Positions 32,459 through 42,318 of a stretch of 64,000 nucleotides of DNA are shown here, in pieces. Source of the stretch: an uncultured virus (IMG/VR IMGVR_UViG_3300021093_000051) (taxonomy: Duplodnaviria; Heunggongvirae; Uroviricota; Caudoviricetes); the IMG/VR virus record IMGVR_UViG_3300021093_000051, positions 1 to 64,000 of that record, one strand, 5' to 3'. Numbering within the stretch: position 1 is the first letter of the stretch; each line of letters opens with the position of its first letter. Made by a program: the position numbers and the translations under genes. The notes under the pieces are model-generated. The model did not search any database and was not told where the DNA came from. It saw nothing but the letters and a program-made list of their open reading frames with translations.

Positions 32459-33493
32459 ATGACAGATTTTTTTGATTTACCAGAAGAGAGCTTTTCAAAG
32501 AAACCTCAGGCTGGTGGCAGTAAAAAAGTGGATCCAAACATCTATGATCCAGATCCAAATGCGCACAGCGGTTCGTATAAATCAGTTTTTCGATTTATCC
32601 CGTATGTGTTTGACAAAACCAAGAGCAAGTACACCAAGTACACTGCTAAGTTTTGGAATCCTTTAACTAAGGAATCCGTAATCGTTGATTGTCCATCAAA
32701 CGTTGAAAAACCATCAATTCTTTGGACGATGGAATCCGTTCTTCGTTCTCTAAAGAAAGAGGAACCTGAAATCGTTGATGAAATCGGCAAAAATTTCTCA
32801 AGATGGAATACTAGCCATTCAGCAGTATACATCAAGAAAGATCCACAAAGACCTGACCTAGAGGGCACGATCAAGATCTTTAAGTTTAGAAATCAGATCG
32901 GAATGTTGATCGATCAGTTAGTAAATCCTGAAGAATTAGAAGGTCTCTCTACTGGAAAAAAGGTAAATCCTTATCACCTATTAGAAGGAAAAGATTTCCT
33001 TTGCGTTGTAGGTAAAAAAACCAAGGACTTTAGAGATTGGTCTAAATGTAAATTCATGGACGAGGTAACTCCATTCATGTTTAAGATCGGTGACACTCAA
33101 GTTCAAGTTAAGAATGATGAAAAATCAGTTAAGCTTGTGACTGAGTTCATGACTAAAAACACTCCAAAAATAGATGAGTATTTTCACCAAGAGTGGACCG
33201 AGGAAACTTTTTCTAAAGTCGCGGAAGCAATCATTGCAGCAGTTCCTCAAAGAGAAGTATTGGAGATGATACTTGAAAAGAGTAAGGATACTAAGATGAA
33301 CGATCTTATCAGAGCTAAAATGAAACCTGGAAAATCAAACGCTTCTAAAGCCAGCGTTAATGATGACCTTGAGTTTAAGAGCTCCACTGCAACTAAATCT
33401 ATTTTTGAAGAGGAAAATGGAGTTGATACAGCAGTAACAACTTCTGCTGATTCTGAAGATGACGAGTACGATTCATTATTCTCAAATCTATAA
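32459..33493 (+). CDS. Single-stranded DNA-binding protein, T4 gp32-like
   Basis: SVFRFIP, YIKKDPQRPDLEGTIKIFKF, NPYHLLEGKDF, DWSKCKF; acidic C-terminal tail DSEDDEYDSLFSNL. Confidence 0.85.
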   Translation: MTDFFDLPEESFSKKPQAGGSKKVDPNIYDPDPNAHSGSYKSVFRFIPYVFDKTKSKYTKYTAKFWNPLTKESVIVDCPSNVEKPSILWTMESVLRSLKKEEPEIVDEIGKNFSRWNTSHSAVYIKKDPQRPDLEGTIKIFKFRNQIGMLIDQLVNPEELEGLSTGKKVNPYHLLEGKDFLCVVGKKTKDFRDWSKCKFMDEVTPFMFKIGDTQVQVKNDEKSVKLVTEFMTKNTPKIDEYFHQEWTEETFSKVAEAIIAAVPQREVLEMILEKSKDTKMNDLIRAKMKPGKSNASKASVNDDLEFKSSTATKSIFEEENGVDTAVTTSADSEDDEYDSLFSNL

Positions 33494-33508
33494 AAATAAT
33501 AACAACGC

Positions 33509-33796
33509 ATGGAAAATAATAAAGAAACTTCAGTTACTATCGAAAAGGAGAACAGACAGACCTCTGAAAATCCTCAAAATATCCTATTTGGATCAATTAC
33601 ATATGCTGATGATCAAGCATATGAGGATTTTATCAGCGGAATGAATATTAGCCAAGCTTTATTTGTTTTAATCGCATCAGCTAACTATTCTCAAGCAAAA
33701 GGAGGATTCAACCTATTAGAATCTGAGACTCTTTCTGCAGCAATTAGAGCAATTCGCAAGACCAGCGAGAAAAACGAATCACAAGATAAAAATTAA
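33509..33796 (+). CDS. Hypothetical protein
   Basis: ORF in the replication operon. Confidence 0.6.
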   Translation: MENNKETSVTIEKENRQTSENPQNILFGSITYADDQAYEDFISGMNISQALFVLIASANYSQAKGGFNLLESETLSAAIRAIRKTSEKNESQDKN

Positions 33797-33805
33797 AAAG
33801 TTAAC

Positions 33806-34945
33806 ATGGACTTAATCATAGACGGAAACGCCTTTATTAATGTCGCGATCAGCGTCACCAAGTCTCTATCTTTCAAAGATAAAAGGACCGGTGACGCTTA
33901 TTATGTTAATGATCTTTTTAATGATGATGGATTTATACTAAAGGAACACGTAAGAGTGACCTTTAGAAATTTCTGTTTTACTTACTTAAATTCCCTAATC
34001 ACACCGATCTCCTCTCATCCAGAAAGAGTTCATATCGTGTTTGATTCAACTAGTTGGAGAAAAGAGTATACTAATGAGTTTTTTAAAAACTCTGACTTTA
34101 AGACTTCTTCCGCACCAGCTGAGTTTAAATACAAGGGAAATCGTAAGTATGACGACCATCAATATCTCTTCTTTGATTATTTTCAACAAGCGATCATGCC
34201 TCAATTGGTAGATCGAGCTGGAATAAATCAATATAAGTTTAGAGGTACTGAAGGAGATGACATCATTGCATATCTGTGTGACATAATTAACGACGATATT
34301 CTGATCTACTCAGTCGATCAGGATTTAAAACAATTGACAGGTACACCCAATAAAAACGTGCTACTTATCACACCTAAGCAAATGGCTAAAAGTAAGAGGC
34401 TATTTGTCCCGACACAACTTGTTCCAACCGCAGCTGAAGAAGAAGTCGATAACTTCTTTTCTATAAACGATGCTCACATCACTGGCGCAACCATTGAAAA
34501 GACGATCCTAAATCTTACCGGAAAGGACTATGTTGAACATAAAGTAGATTTAGTTGAAGACATATTAAGTAAGATATTATTAGGTGATAAGTCAGACAAT
34601 ATTCCAAAGATAACTAGCGTGTCCCCGGCAAAAGCCAAAAAAGTGATTACTGCAGTACAGGAAAAGTTCGGAGAAAGCGTCATTTCTCTACTAGATGACT
34701 TGAATGAATCTGTCATCAGTGGAGTAGTTGAAGAGATTCAAATAATCAACAAGATTAAAGACCAAGATAAAATAGATGAGATCAGAGAACACCTATTGTT
34801 TAACATTAGATTAACTCGTCTCTCCATTAAAGTTTTCCCAGATGAGATCCTAGAATCTCTAGTTGAATTCTTTAACAATTATCAGATTTCTAGATTTAAT
34901 TTTAGAGAATTTACTAACTTAAAAAATAATTTATCATCATTATGA
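33806..34945 (+). CDS. 5'-3' exonuclease / T4 RNase H-like flap nuclease
   Basis: LIIDGN, FDSTSWRK, YKGNR, EGDDII, SVDQDLKQL, GDKSDNIP. Confidence 0.9.
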   Translation: MDLIIDGNAFINVAISVTKSLSFKDKRTGDAYYVNDLFNDDGFILKEHVRVTFRNFCFTYLNSLITPISSHPERVHIVFDSTSWRKEYTNEFFKNSDFKTSSAPAEFKYKGNRKYDDHQYLFFDYFQQAIMPQLVDRAGINQYKFRGTEGDDIIAYLCDIINDDILIYSVDQDLKQLTGTPNKNVLLITPKQMAKSKRLFVPTQLVPTAAEEEVDNFFSINDAHITGATIEKTILNLTGKDYVEHKVDLVEDILSKILLGDKSDNIPKITSVSPAKAKKVITAVQEKFGESVISLLDDLNESVISGVVEEIQIINKIKDQDKIDEIREHLLFNIRLTRLSIKVFPDEILESLVEFFNNYQISRFNFREFTNLKNNLSSL

Positions 34946-35241
34946 AGCCTCTATATGAAAGAGTATTAGTTAAACCTAAAGATAAGGAGACTAGAACAAA
35001 ACAAGGAATCATGCTTCCAGAAAAAGCAGTTAAAAAACCAAATATTGGAGTTGTTATTAACTGCGGCGACGGGACCAAGCATAACGAAATGGTAGTTAAA
35101 CCTGGAGACCAGATCCTATTCAATAGATATGCTGGACTGGAGTTATTCTATAAAGGAGAAAAACATTACGTCATTATGGCAAATGAAATCATTGGAATCT
35201 TAGATGATCCGAATGATATTTCTCTCGAAGAATTTAACTAA
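34942..35241 (+). CDS. groS: Co-chaperonin GroES
   Basis: MKPLYERVLVKP...TKQGIMLPE...VKPGDQILFNRYAG. Confidence 0.95.
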   Translation: MKPLYERVLVKPKDKETRTKQGIMLPEKAVKKPNIGVVINCGDGTKHNEMVVKPGDQILFNRYAGLELFYKGEKHYVIMANEIIGILDDPNDISLEEFN

Positions 35242-35245
35242 AAAG

Positions 35246-35273
35246 AAAGAGGAGCTAACTGCTCCTCTTTTTT
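35246..35273. terminator. Bidirectional terminator between convergent genes
   Basis: AAAGAGGAGC-TAACT-GCTCCTCTTT flanked by A/T runs. Confidence 0.8.
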
Positions 35274-35880
35274 ATTTTATATCAGTTGATTCAATTAAAG
35301 TATAAGAAAATTTATTTCCGTGAATCTTAGAAGCCTTTCTACATATTGCCATAAAAGCATCAAAGTCTTTTACTCTCTTGAATACTTGACATCCTTCTGA
35401 CCAATTTTCAACCCAAGTTGAATCTTGACCTGCCTTGTGAATATTAATACCAAACATGCCAGTATCTGTCACAGTCTCTTCAAAAATAAGATCTCTATTA
35501 CCGTCTCTCCATACTGTAACATTATCATTTCTTTGACAAAGGGCCGAATATTTACCTTGATGTAAATCTATTTTATAAACACTTCTATATTGTCCCGGTA
35601 CTAATCTTGCCACCCCCTTTTTATTATGAAACTGTTGAACTCCTTTTTTACCAGGATCACAAGTGGCCAGCCAACAATAAAATTGCCATACTCCTTTTTC
35701 ATCCTTAAAAGATATTGTAAGACAATCATCAAAAACATTTGTAACTTTTTTATAGACTGCAGGTGAAGTATTTCTCACACCTACAATATTCACATCATAA
35801 CTTTTGTTTGACGTGTCTTCGAACCATTTATAACCTTTAGATTTAACAGCCCTTTCTATTTGTTCTTTAGTGTAACACAT
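35272..35880 (-). CDS. YkuD/L,D-transpeptidase-like protein, candidate endolysin
   Basis: GINIH...WSEGCQV (His...S-x-G-C) catalytic signature; late promoter at 35896-35903. Confidence 0.6.
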   Translation of the reverse strand: MCYTKEQIERAVKSKGYKWFEDTSNKSYDVNIVGVRNTSPAVYKKVTNVFDDCLTISFKDEKGVWQFYCWLATCDPGKKGVQQFHNKKGVARLVPGQYRSVYKIDLHQGKYSALCQRNDNVTVWRDGNRDLIFEETVTDTGMFGINIHKAGQDSTWVENWSEGCQVFKRVKDFDAFMAICRKASKIHGNKFSYTLIESTDIK

Positions 35881-35907
35881 AATCTTTATTTTTTATTATT
35901 TATGACT

Positions 35908-36156
35908 CTATTCAAAGCCCAATCCCCAATTGTGATAGAAGTCGCCTATCTCTGAAAAGCCGTCTTCGTTCTTAGTCTTACCGCGACCATTATCTTTAAA
36001 GAGCCAATTACAGAGCTCAGCGTCGACTCTTATATCTCCTATGAGAGAAGAAATAGTCAACAAGTTTTCTTGAACTGGGTTTAGGATTGGATCGTGATAG
36101 GCACGGTTTCTGTGTTGGTCTGCATCGAATCCCCAGTCTGATGGTCTATATGACAT
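35908..36156 (-). CDS. Hypothetical late protein
   Basis: ORF with GATAAATAA motif at 36171-36179 upstream. Confidence 0.55.
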   Translation of the reverse strand: MSYRPSDWGFDADQHRNRAYHDPILNPVQENLLTISSLIGDIRVDAELCNWLFKDNGRGKTKNEDGFSEIGDFYHNWGLGFE

Positions 36157-36253
36157 AATTGGATTTTCTTTTATTTATCCCCTGGACCCGGATCAAATCG
36201 GGCGTTATTGATGGGCCTGTTAAAATACTATAAACTTATTTTAGTTATTTATC

Positions 36254-36285
36254 AAAAAAAAAGGACCCCAGTGAGGTCCTTTTTT
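36254..36285 (-). terminator. Terminator downstream of tail sheath
   Basis: A-run GGACC-CCAGTGA-GGTCC T-run. Confidence 0.75.
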
Positions 36286-36304
36286 GTGTAGATATGCCTA
36301 GTTG

Positions 36305-39300
36305 TTAGAAGCTTGGAATAAATCCAGTAGACTCTGAACTCAATGTTCCTCCAACTCTTGTGATAGTGATTCGGTTGATGAATTTTTGAATTCCTCTTGG
36401 GAAATCTACTCGAATATCTATGATCGCTGCGTTTGCTGAAATCACTTCATTCGTATTATTTGAAGTATCGAAGATCACTTCATATGTAGAAATACCTTGA
36501 GCATTAACTACAGCGTTAAGATAGTTTTCAACAATCGTTCTTACTCGTAATCTTGTGATCTCATCATTAAAATCAAATAGGAAGTTAAATAAGATCTTTT
36601 CAATATCTCTTTCAATCGTAGATAAGTTATCTCTAACGTGCGCGTTATTAAGAGCCGAATTAATTCTCTGGTATGCAGTATTATTAGAGAATAGAATAAT
36701 TCCAAATCCTCTACGCTTAACCGTTAAGTTAAATCCTAATGGCTCTAAGAAATCTCTGTCTTCGTCAGTAAGATCGTATTCTAATCCTACTATTTCTGGA
36801 TCTCTAAGAGCTCCACGTTTTCCACCAGCTACGATTAAGAATGGCGTACTGTTCTTGAATTTTCTAACATATAAGTTAGAAATATATCCAGCCTGAGGAA
36901 CCGATATGTTTCGGCTTCCGCTTCTTACAATCAAGTTAGGGAAGTGATATGATGCATATGAAGATAGTGGAACTCCACGTACATCCTCTTCCGCGAACTT
37001 ATATAAGAAGCTTGGATTTAATGCTGCATTTCCTCCTTGTGAAATATATTCAGTAGAAACTAATCTAGTCGAAGTATTGATGAAGCTTGGATCCACTGAT
37101 CTTTCAAATTGCTGCATTGATGGAGCATTTAGGATAGCCATTGCCTGACCATTGAGAGCAGCTAGCTTAGCTAATTGATATTTTGAAGAACTTGAAATGG
37201 TTCCAGCATAAGAATCAATAACGTATCTAAAGTCAACTAATTCTCCATTTTCTAAAGCTTGTGGAATAAGAGTATAAGCAAAAAGATAATCTAAGATTCC
37301 TCCAGTACCCTCTAATCTCTCAGCTGTTCCATCAGGCAAAAGATCGTTTCTTAACTTAAATCCAGCTAAGTTTTGACCTTTTAAACTTGTTACAAAGTTA
37401 GGGATTCCTAAATATACTTGAATCTCGTTTCCAGTAACATCTAATCCAGTTACCTCCTCTGCTGAAGGTGCCATTGTAGTCACCTTAATTGTATCTGGCG
37501 CAGTTAATGGATTTGGAGTAAGAACCGATACTATTTTTAATAGTCTAGATCTACCGTCAGTCACATTAGCTTTAATATAACTATTTGCTTTAATGTATTT
37601 ATTGACAAGCGCCTTATTTTGAGCGGTGATTGCGCCATCTAATTCAAGAGTCAATACATTCGGCTGAGAAATAGAGTAGCTTGCAAAAAAGTTGGTATCC
37701 GTCAAGTCAAAAGTATGAGTAAAATCGTCACCGTCAGCCAATATTACTTTAAGATAATCATTACCCAAAACAGTATATGTGTTTTCGTTCACCAATGTAG
37801 TTAAACCAACGTTGGCATATACTTCGATCTTAATGTATTTTAGAGTAACTGGGCCAACCGTTACTGTCAAGTTATCAATTACTTTTAAATATCGATCAGG
37901 GTTAAGTCCACCGTCTGAACTAATATCTCCAGTCTTTAAGAAACCGTTTTCATACGCCTCATATAACTTACTTCCTTGCACTGCAATTAGATAGTCAGTT
38001 GCCGCGTTGATAATATAAGTGTCACCAGTTGCCGCATTAGTTAGAAAACTTGCTTCAGTCTCAGTACTAGTAATCTTAAAGACTAATTCAGCATCGACCG
38101 GTTTTTTGTAACTGATTGTATCGATTAAAGGAGTTGGATCGGCTACTGGATTAAGATATGTTACTGCAGTTACCGTCATGACTTCCGGGTTTATACCTCC
38201 AGTTATTGTGATAGTATCCCCAACCTCATATCCAGTTCCAGCGTTATTTATCACGATTGCAGTAATTGCACCAGCAGCTGCCGTGATATCAACAGTTAAG
38301 CCAGTACCGCCACCTGCACTTGTTGTAGCTACACCAGTTGCAGTAGTATAACCAGTACCTAAACTATTTGTTGTAAAAGTAGATACTCCTCCAACATACA
38401 CGTTATCAAAACCTCCATTGTCTGCATAATAAGCCAATTCATCGAATCCATAACCGATAATATCGACCCTATGTGTAGCAACATCAGTATCAATAAAGTT
38501 ATCATCTGTTAAATCAATTAGGTCTAATTTTTCAGCGTCTAATGAACAGATCAATCCAGTAGTAGGGAATGCTCTATTTACTAATCGATCTATTGATACT
38601 GTAACTCCGCTTTGATCTCTAAAATTAGGAATCAAGCAACCAATCGTTCTGTTAATTACTGTAATCTCTCTTGATGCAAAGAAATTAGCAGCGTTTGCTA
38701 TTTTTAGACCTACTTCATCAAAATAAGCCTTATAGATAGGGTCCTTTGATAATTTTAAGTAATTTGTCCAATCTCCATTTACTACGATTACCTCAACAAA
38801 ATAATCAGAGATAAAATCGTCTGGGTGAACAAAGCTAGGAAATTCAACGTTTCCTCCACCAACACTTGCATACCACTCTTTAGCAGTAACATCAAATCCA
38901 GTGACATTAGCTTTTCTAACCCAAACCGTCATGTTAAATTGACCTAGGTTAGCAAATGAGAGCACCTTATTTGATTCAGAGGTAGTTATACCAAATCCTC
39001 CAGGGTTAGTGATATAATCGTCCCCTAATGCTAGGTTTTTAGATTTGTTTAGTTTAGCAGTATCCGCAAACCATAGTCGTTGACGATTAAAGAATTCAAC
39101 GATCGGATATTGATTTTTCCCATCATTTTTTGAAGCAGATTCAGTATTAAAAGTAGTGAATGCTGCCTGGTCTAAGTTTATTGAAGGTGTTGTGATATCA
39201 GTGTCCAATGGTAAAACATTCATCGCGAAAACCGGACCTTCTCTTAAAGCGACCTCAATCGTTCTGTGGAAGAAGCTTCCTGCTTTTTCTAGTTTTGGAT

Positions 39301-39496
39301 CAATTTCTCCAAACACCGCTCTTAAAGTTCTAATATCGTTAATCAATACTACTGTATTGAAAGGACCTATTCTACTTGATCCTACAATTAAACGACCGGT
39401 CGTAAGAGGTAGAACTACGTTCTCACTTGCATCGATCTCAACTGTGTAAACACCACTAGACTTGTAATTATTTAAGTTTATCCTTGGTTCAGCCAT
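36305..39496 (-). CDS. Contractile tail sheath protein (gp18-like), 1063 aa
   Basis: N-terminal SSGVYTVEID...GPFNT; C-terminal FDFNDEITRLRV...VIFDTSNNTNEVI sheath motifs. Confidence 0.9.
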   Translation of the reverse strand: MAEPRINLNNYKSSGVYTVEIDASENVVLPLTTGRLIVGSSRIGPFNTVVLINDIRTLRAVFGEIDPKLEKAGSFFHRTIEVALREGPVFAMNVLPLDTDITTPSINLDQAAFTTFNTESASKNDGKNQYPIVEFFNRQRLWFADTAKLNKSKNLALGDDYITNPGGFGITTSESNKVLSFANLGQFNMTVWVRKANVTGFDVTAKEWYASVGGGNVEFPSFVHPDDFISDYFVEVIVVNGDWTNYLKLSKDPIYKAYFDEVGLKIANAANFFASREITVINRTIGCLIPNFRDQSGVTVSIDRLVNRAFPTTGLICSLDAEKLDLIDLTDDNFIDTDVATHRVDIIGYGFDELAYYADNGGFDNVYVGGVSTFTTNSLGTGYTTATGVATTSAGGGTGLTVDITAAAGAITAIVINNAGTGYEVGDTITITGGINPEVMTVTAVTYLNPVADPTPLIDTISYKKPVDAELVFKITSTETEASFLTNAATGDTYIINAATDYLIAVQGSKLYEAYENGFLKTGDISSDGGLNPDRYLKVIDNLTVTVGPVTLKYIKIEVYANVGLTTLVNENTYTVLGNDYLKVILADGDDFTHTFDLTDTNFFASYSISQPNVLTLELDGAITAQNKALVNKYIKANSYIKANVTDGRSRLLKIVSVLTPNPLTAPDTIKVTTMAPSAEEVTGLDVTGNEIQVYLGIPNFVTSLKGQNLAGFKLRNDLLPDGTAERLEGTGGILDYLFAYTLIPQALENGELVDFRYVIDSYAGTISSSSKYQLAKLAALNGQAMAILNAPSMQQFERSVDPSFINTSTRLVSTEYISQGGNAALNPSFLYKFAEEDVRGVPLSSYASYHFPNLIVRSGSRNISVPQAGYISNLYVRKFKNSTPFLIVAGGKRGALRDPEIVGLEYDLTDEDRDFLEPLGFNLTVKRRGFGIILFSNNTAYQRINSALNNAHVRDNLSTIERDIEKILFNFLFDFNDEITRLRVRTIVENYLNAVVNAQGISTYEVIFDTSNNTNEVISANAAIIDIRVDFPRGIQKFINRITITRVGGTLSSESTGFIPSF

Positions 39497-39611
39497 CTCT
39501 GTATAGATATTTTTAATTATTTATCTCAAATCGTATCAATAAATCTAAAAAAATAGAAAAATTAAGATCCGAGCTAAGTTTTGCAGTATAAGATATAAAA
39601 AATAGATAAGA

Positions 39612-40079
39612 ATGGCAAATACCGATAACCCGTGTGCTGACCTTAAGATCGAAGATTTATATTCAAAAAGCACAGATACTTTAGGTGATATTATGGAAGT
39701 CCAACGGGACACTCAATTAAACGTTTACGGTTATGATTTTTCAAAAATGAGTCTTAGGGAAATCATGTTCTTTTGGCATGCAAACAATCACGCTCTTACT
39801 GATGAATTACATGAAGCAACTGACGCGCTTGGCGGAATCAAAGATGGCAACGGAAATGCTATCTGGAAGTATTGGAAAGCAGACTATTCAAAATATGAAA
39901 ACATGAAGTTTTCAGATCTTTCTGAATCAGACCAATTAGAGTGCAAGTTTGAAATCATCGATGTTCTTCACTTCTTCCTAAACATGGCAATATCAATCGG
40001 CATGACTCCACAAGAGATGTATAATATGTACATGAGCAAGAACCAGGAGAATCGTGACAGACAAAAACGCGGATATTAA
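39612..40079 (+). CDS. dCTPase/dUTPase, T4 gp56-like
   Basis: NPCADL, AIWKYWKA, DQLECKFEIIDVLHFFLNM, KNQENRDRQKRGY parallel T4 gp56 as recalled (NECAHL, AVWKKWKA, DQLEIKFELVDIFHFVLNM). Confidence 0.85.
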   Translation: MANTDNPCADLKIEDLYSKSTDTLGDIMEVQRDTQLNVYGYDFSKMSLREIMFFWHANNHALTDELHEATDALGGIKDGNGNAIWKYWKADYSKYENMKFSDLSESDQLECKFEIIDVLHFFLNMAISIGMTPQEMYNMYMSKNQENRDRQKRGY

Positions 40080-40095
40080 AAAAAGTATAATCAAT

Positions 40096-40323
40096 ATGAA
40101 TCTGATACAAGGTGGAGACCAGCCTCAATTAAACATTAACTTAGCAGATGCTCCATACATGGAATGTGAAGAGTGTCAAGGAAAGATCTTTGAAGAAAAG
40201 ATGATGATTAAAAAAGTTTCAAGATTTATGACTGGCTCTGATCAAGACTCGATCGTGCCTATTCCAGTTATTTGTTGTGCAAAGTGTGGACATGTAAACA
40301 AACTATTTAAACCAAAAGTATGA
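40096..40323 (+). CDS. Small zinc-ribbon protein
   Basis: CEEC...CAKC. Confidence 0.65.
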   Translation: MNLIQGGDQPQLNINLADAPYMECEECQGKIFEEKMMIKKVSRFMTGSDQDSIVPIPVICCAKCGHVNKLFKPKV

Positions 40324-41738
40324 TAATTGGTGCAGAAGTACTTAATGATAACACTCTAACCATCTCATATTATAATGAGAACGGAAAGATTGAATTTATT
40401 AAAAAAAGATTAGCTGATCACGAAATGTATAATTGGGTAGAATCGCAAACTCCGACTGCTACCAAAAATTGGAACGGCAAATACGTAAAACGTGGTCCAA
40501 CTCAAGGTCAATATGTAAATCAGTTCAGAGTTCAAGAGTTAATTCAAGAAAAATTAACAGCTGACGAGCTTGAACGAGTTTATAATTTTGATAACTTTCC
40601 CAAGAAAACTTATCTTGATATTGAGATCAAGTTGATCAATGACTCTTTTCCAGAACCAGACAAAGCTAGAATGCCAGTCGGGCTAATTTCATTCTGCAAT
40701 GAGGACAACGTGACCTACATTCTTTCTATCCTAAATTCTGATGAGCAGCCTGAAGGTCTTACTCAAGAACAGATTACTAAAATGGAAAAAGAAGTAAATG
40801 AATATTTTAGAAAGACCGTTCCTAAAAAACCAGAAGATGCTCGATTATTCAATCAAGAATTTAAGATAAAATATAAATTCTTTAAGAGCGAGGATGAGTT
40901 AATGGAGTTTTATTTCCATAAGATCATGCCTCATTTTAATTTTGTTACCGGATGGAATGTTACTGAGTTTGACTGGAAGTACTTGATGAATCGCGGTAAA
41001 AACTTGAAAATTGACATGATGCAAAACATGCCAACTCGATCAACTGTTTCTAAAATAAAGATCCCAACGCATTTAGGAGTTCTTGATTACATGCAAGTTT
41101 TTGAAAAAATGAAGCCGTACAAAGTAGTTGAAAACTATAAATTAGACTATATTGCAGACTTAGTATTAGGTACAGCTAAATTACACCATGATTATTCATC
41201 ATTCATGGAATTCCAAAAAGACACTTATCTTTTCACCATGTATAACGTGATTGACGTTATTCTAGTTAAATTAATCGAAGATAAGCTTGCTTTACTTGAT
41301 GTTGCTTTTGCGATGTCAAATGTTGCCCAAGTAGAAGTAAACAAAGTATTTAGTCCAGTATACATCGCTGAGATCCTAATGTGTCGTGAATTCTTAAACA
41401 AGAATCTCAAAATGATGAAGCTTCCTTGGGGTGAAGAAGTAGAAGACGGTACGTATGCAGGTGCTTATGTGAAGGATCCTACTCCAGGATATTATGGAGC
41501 AGTTGCCTGCTATGACTTTTCTTCAATGTATCCAAACATTCAGATTCAATTCAATATTTCTCCAGATACCTATCTTGGTAAGACTGATAAAATCAAACGC
41601 GATGGCACTGAGATTCACACTAAGAATAACACATTATTTTCAACTAAGACCGACTCGGTAGCTCGAACCATCCTTACTAGACTTTATGATGAGAGAATCA
41701 GAACTCAAGGAGAAATGAAAAAACTAAAAAGCTCATAA
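40320..41738 (+). CDS. Family B DNA polymerase, N-terminal part (exonuclease + motif A), gp43A-like
   Basis: YLDIE, GWNVTEFDWKY, YKLDYIA, YNVIDV, YAGAYV, YDFSSMYP, NISPDT; ends before motifs B and C. Confidence 0.85.
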   Translation: MIIGAEVLNDNTLTISYYNENGKIEFIKKRLADHEMYNWVESQTPTATKNWNGKYVKRGPTQGQYVNQFRVQELIQEKLTADELERVYNFDNFPKKTYLDIEIKLINDSFPEPDKARMPVGLISFCNEDNVTYILSILNSDEQPEGLTQEQITKMEKEVNEYFRKTVPKKPEDARLFNQEFKIKYKFFKSEDELMEFYFHKIMPHFNFVTGWNVTEFDWKYLMNRGKNLKIDMMQNMPTRSTVSKIKIPTHLGVLDYMQVFEKMKPYKVVENYKLDYIADLVLGTAKLHHDYSSFMEFQKDTYLFTMYNVIDVILVKLIEDKLALLDVAFAMSNVAQVEVNKVFSPVYIAEILMCREFLNKNLKMMKLPWGEEVEDGTYAGAYVKDPTPGYYGAVACYDFSSMYPNIQIQFNISPDTYLGKTDKIKRDGTEIHTKNNTLFSTKTDSVARTILTRLYDERIRTQGEMKKLKSS

Positions 41739-41968
41739 TGGCAAAACCTATACTTGTAATCGCTTTACCCGAGGATTCAATAACTAAATTACAGCCCGTT
41801 AATGAATCCATTGCTCAATTGGAAAAAAAATTGACTGATTATCATGTGATAGCCTATCGAGCCAGTGACATAGAAAAATTGACCTTGAATGTACTAAACG
41901 CAGATGAGGCTGACGATCTAGACATTGAAAAACTAAAAGAAGAGATAAATTTTAAAATAACCAAATAA
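41738..41968 (+). CDS. Hypothetical protein
   Basis: Coupled ORF (TAATG overlap). Confidence 0.55.
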   Translation: MAKPILVIALPEDSITKLQPVNESIAQLEKKLTDYHVIAYRASDIEKLTLNVLNADEADDLDIEKLKEEINFKITK

Positions 41969-41969
41969 T

Positions 41970-42302
41970 ATGGACACAACACAAGACTTTGTAAACTGGT
42001 TAGAGGGGTTTCTGGACGCATGTAAGAATACACCCTCTCCTCAACAAGTAAAAGAGATCAGAAAAAAAATCTCTGCTCTACCTAAATCAAAGGATAGATT
42101 TCAAGTAAACCGTGCATCAGGTGAAGTTTATACTCCATTATGGAATTCTAATTCTGGTCCAGTACCAGCTGATCACTTTTCAACGATCACACTGGTTCAA
42201 CCGGATTCAGATCGTCCAAATAACGGTTCACTTGATGAAGAATTTATTAAAGCAGTTAATAACAATAAAACTGCCTCAACTATGGAAGAGCTTAACTCTT
42301 AA
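41970..42302 (+). CDS. Hypothetical protein
   Basis: ORF with FVNWLEGFLD motif common in phage hypothetical proteins. Confidence 0.6.
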   Translation: MDTTQDFVNWLEGFLDACKNTPSPQQVKEIRKKISALPKSKDRFQVNRASGEVYTPLWNSNSGPVPADHFSTITLVQPDSDRPNNGSLDEEFIKAVNNNKTASTMEELNS

Positions 42303-42318
42303 AAAAAATCAAGACCAG

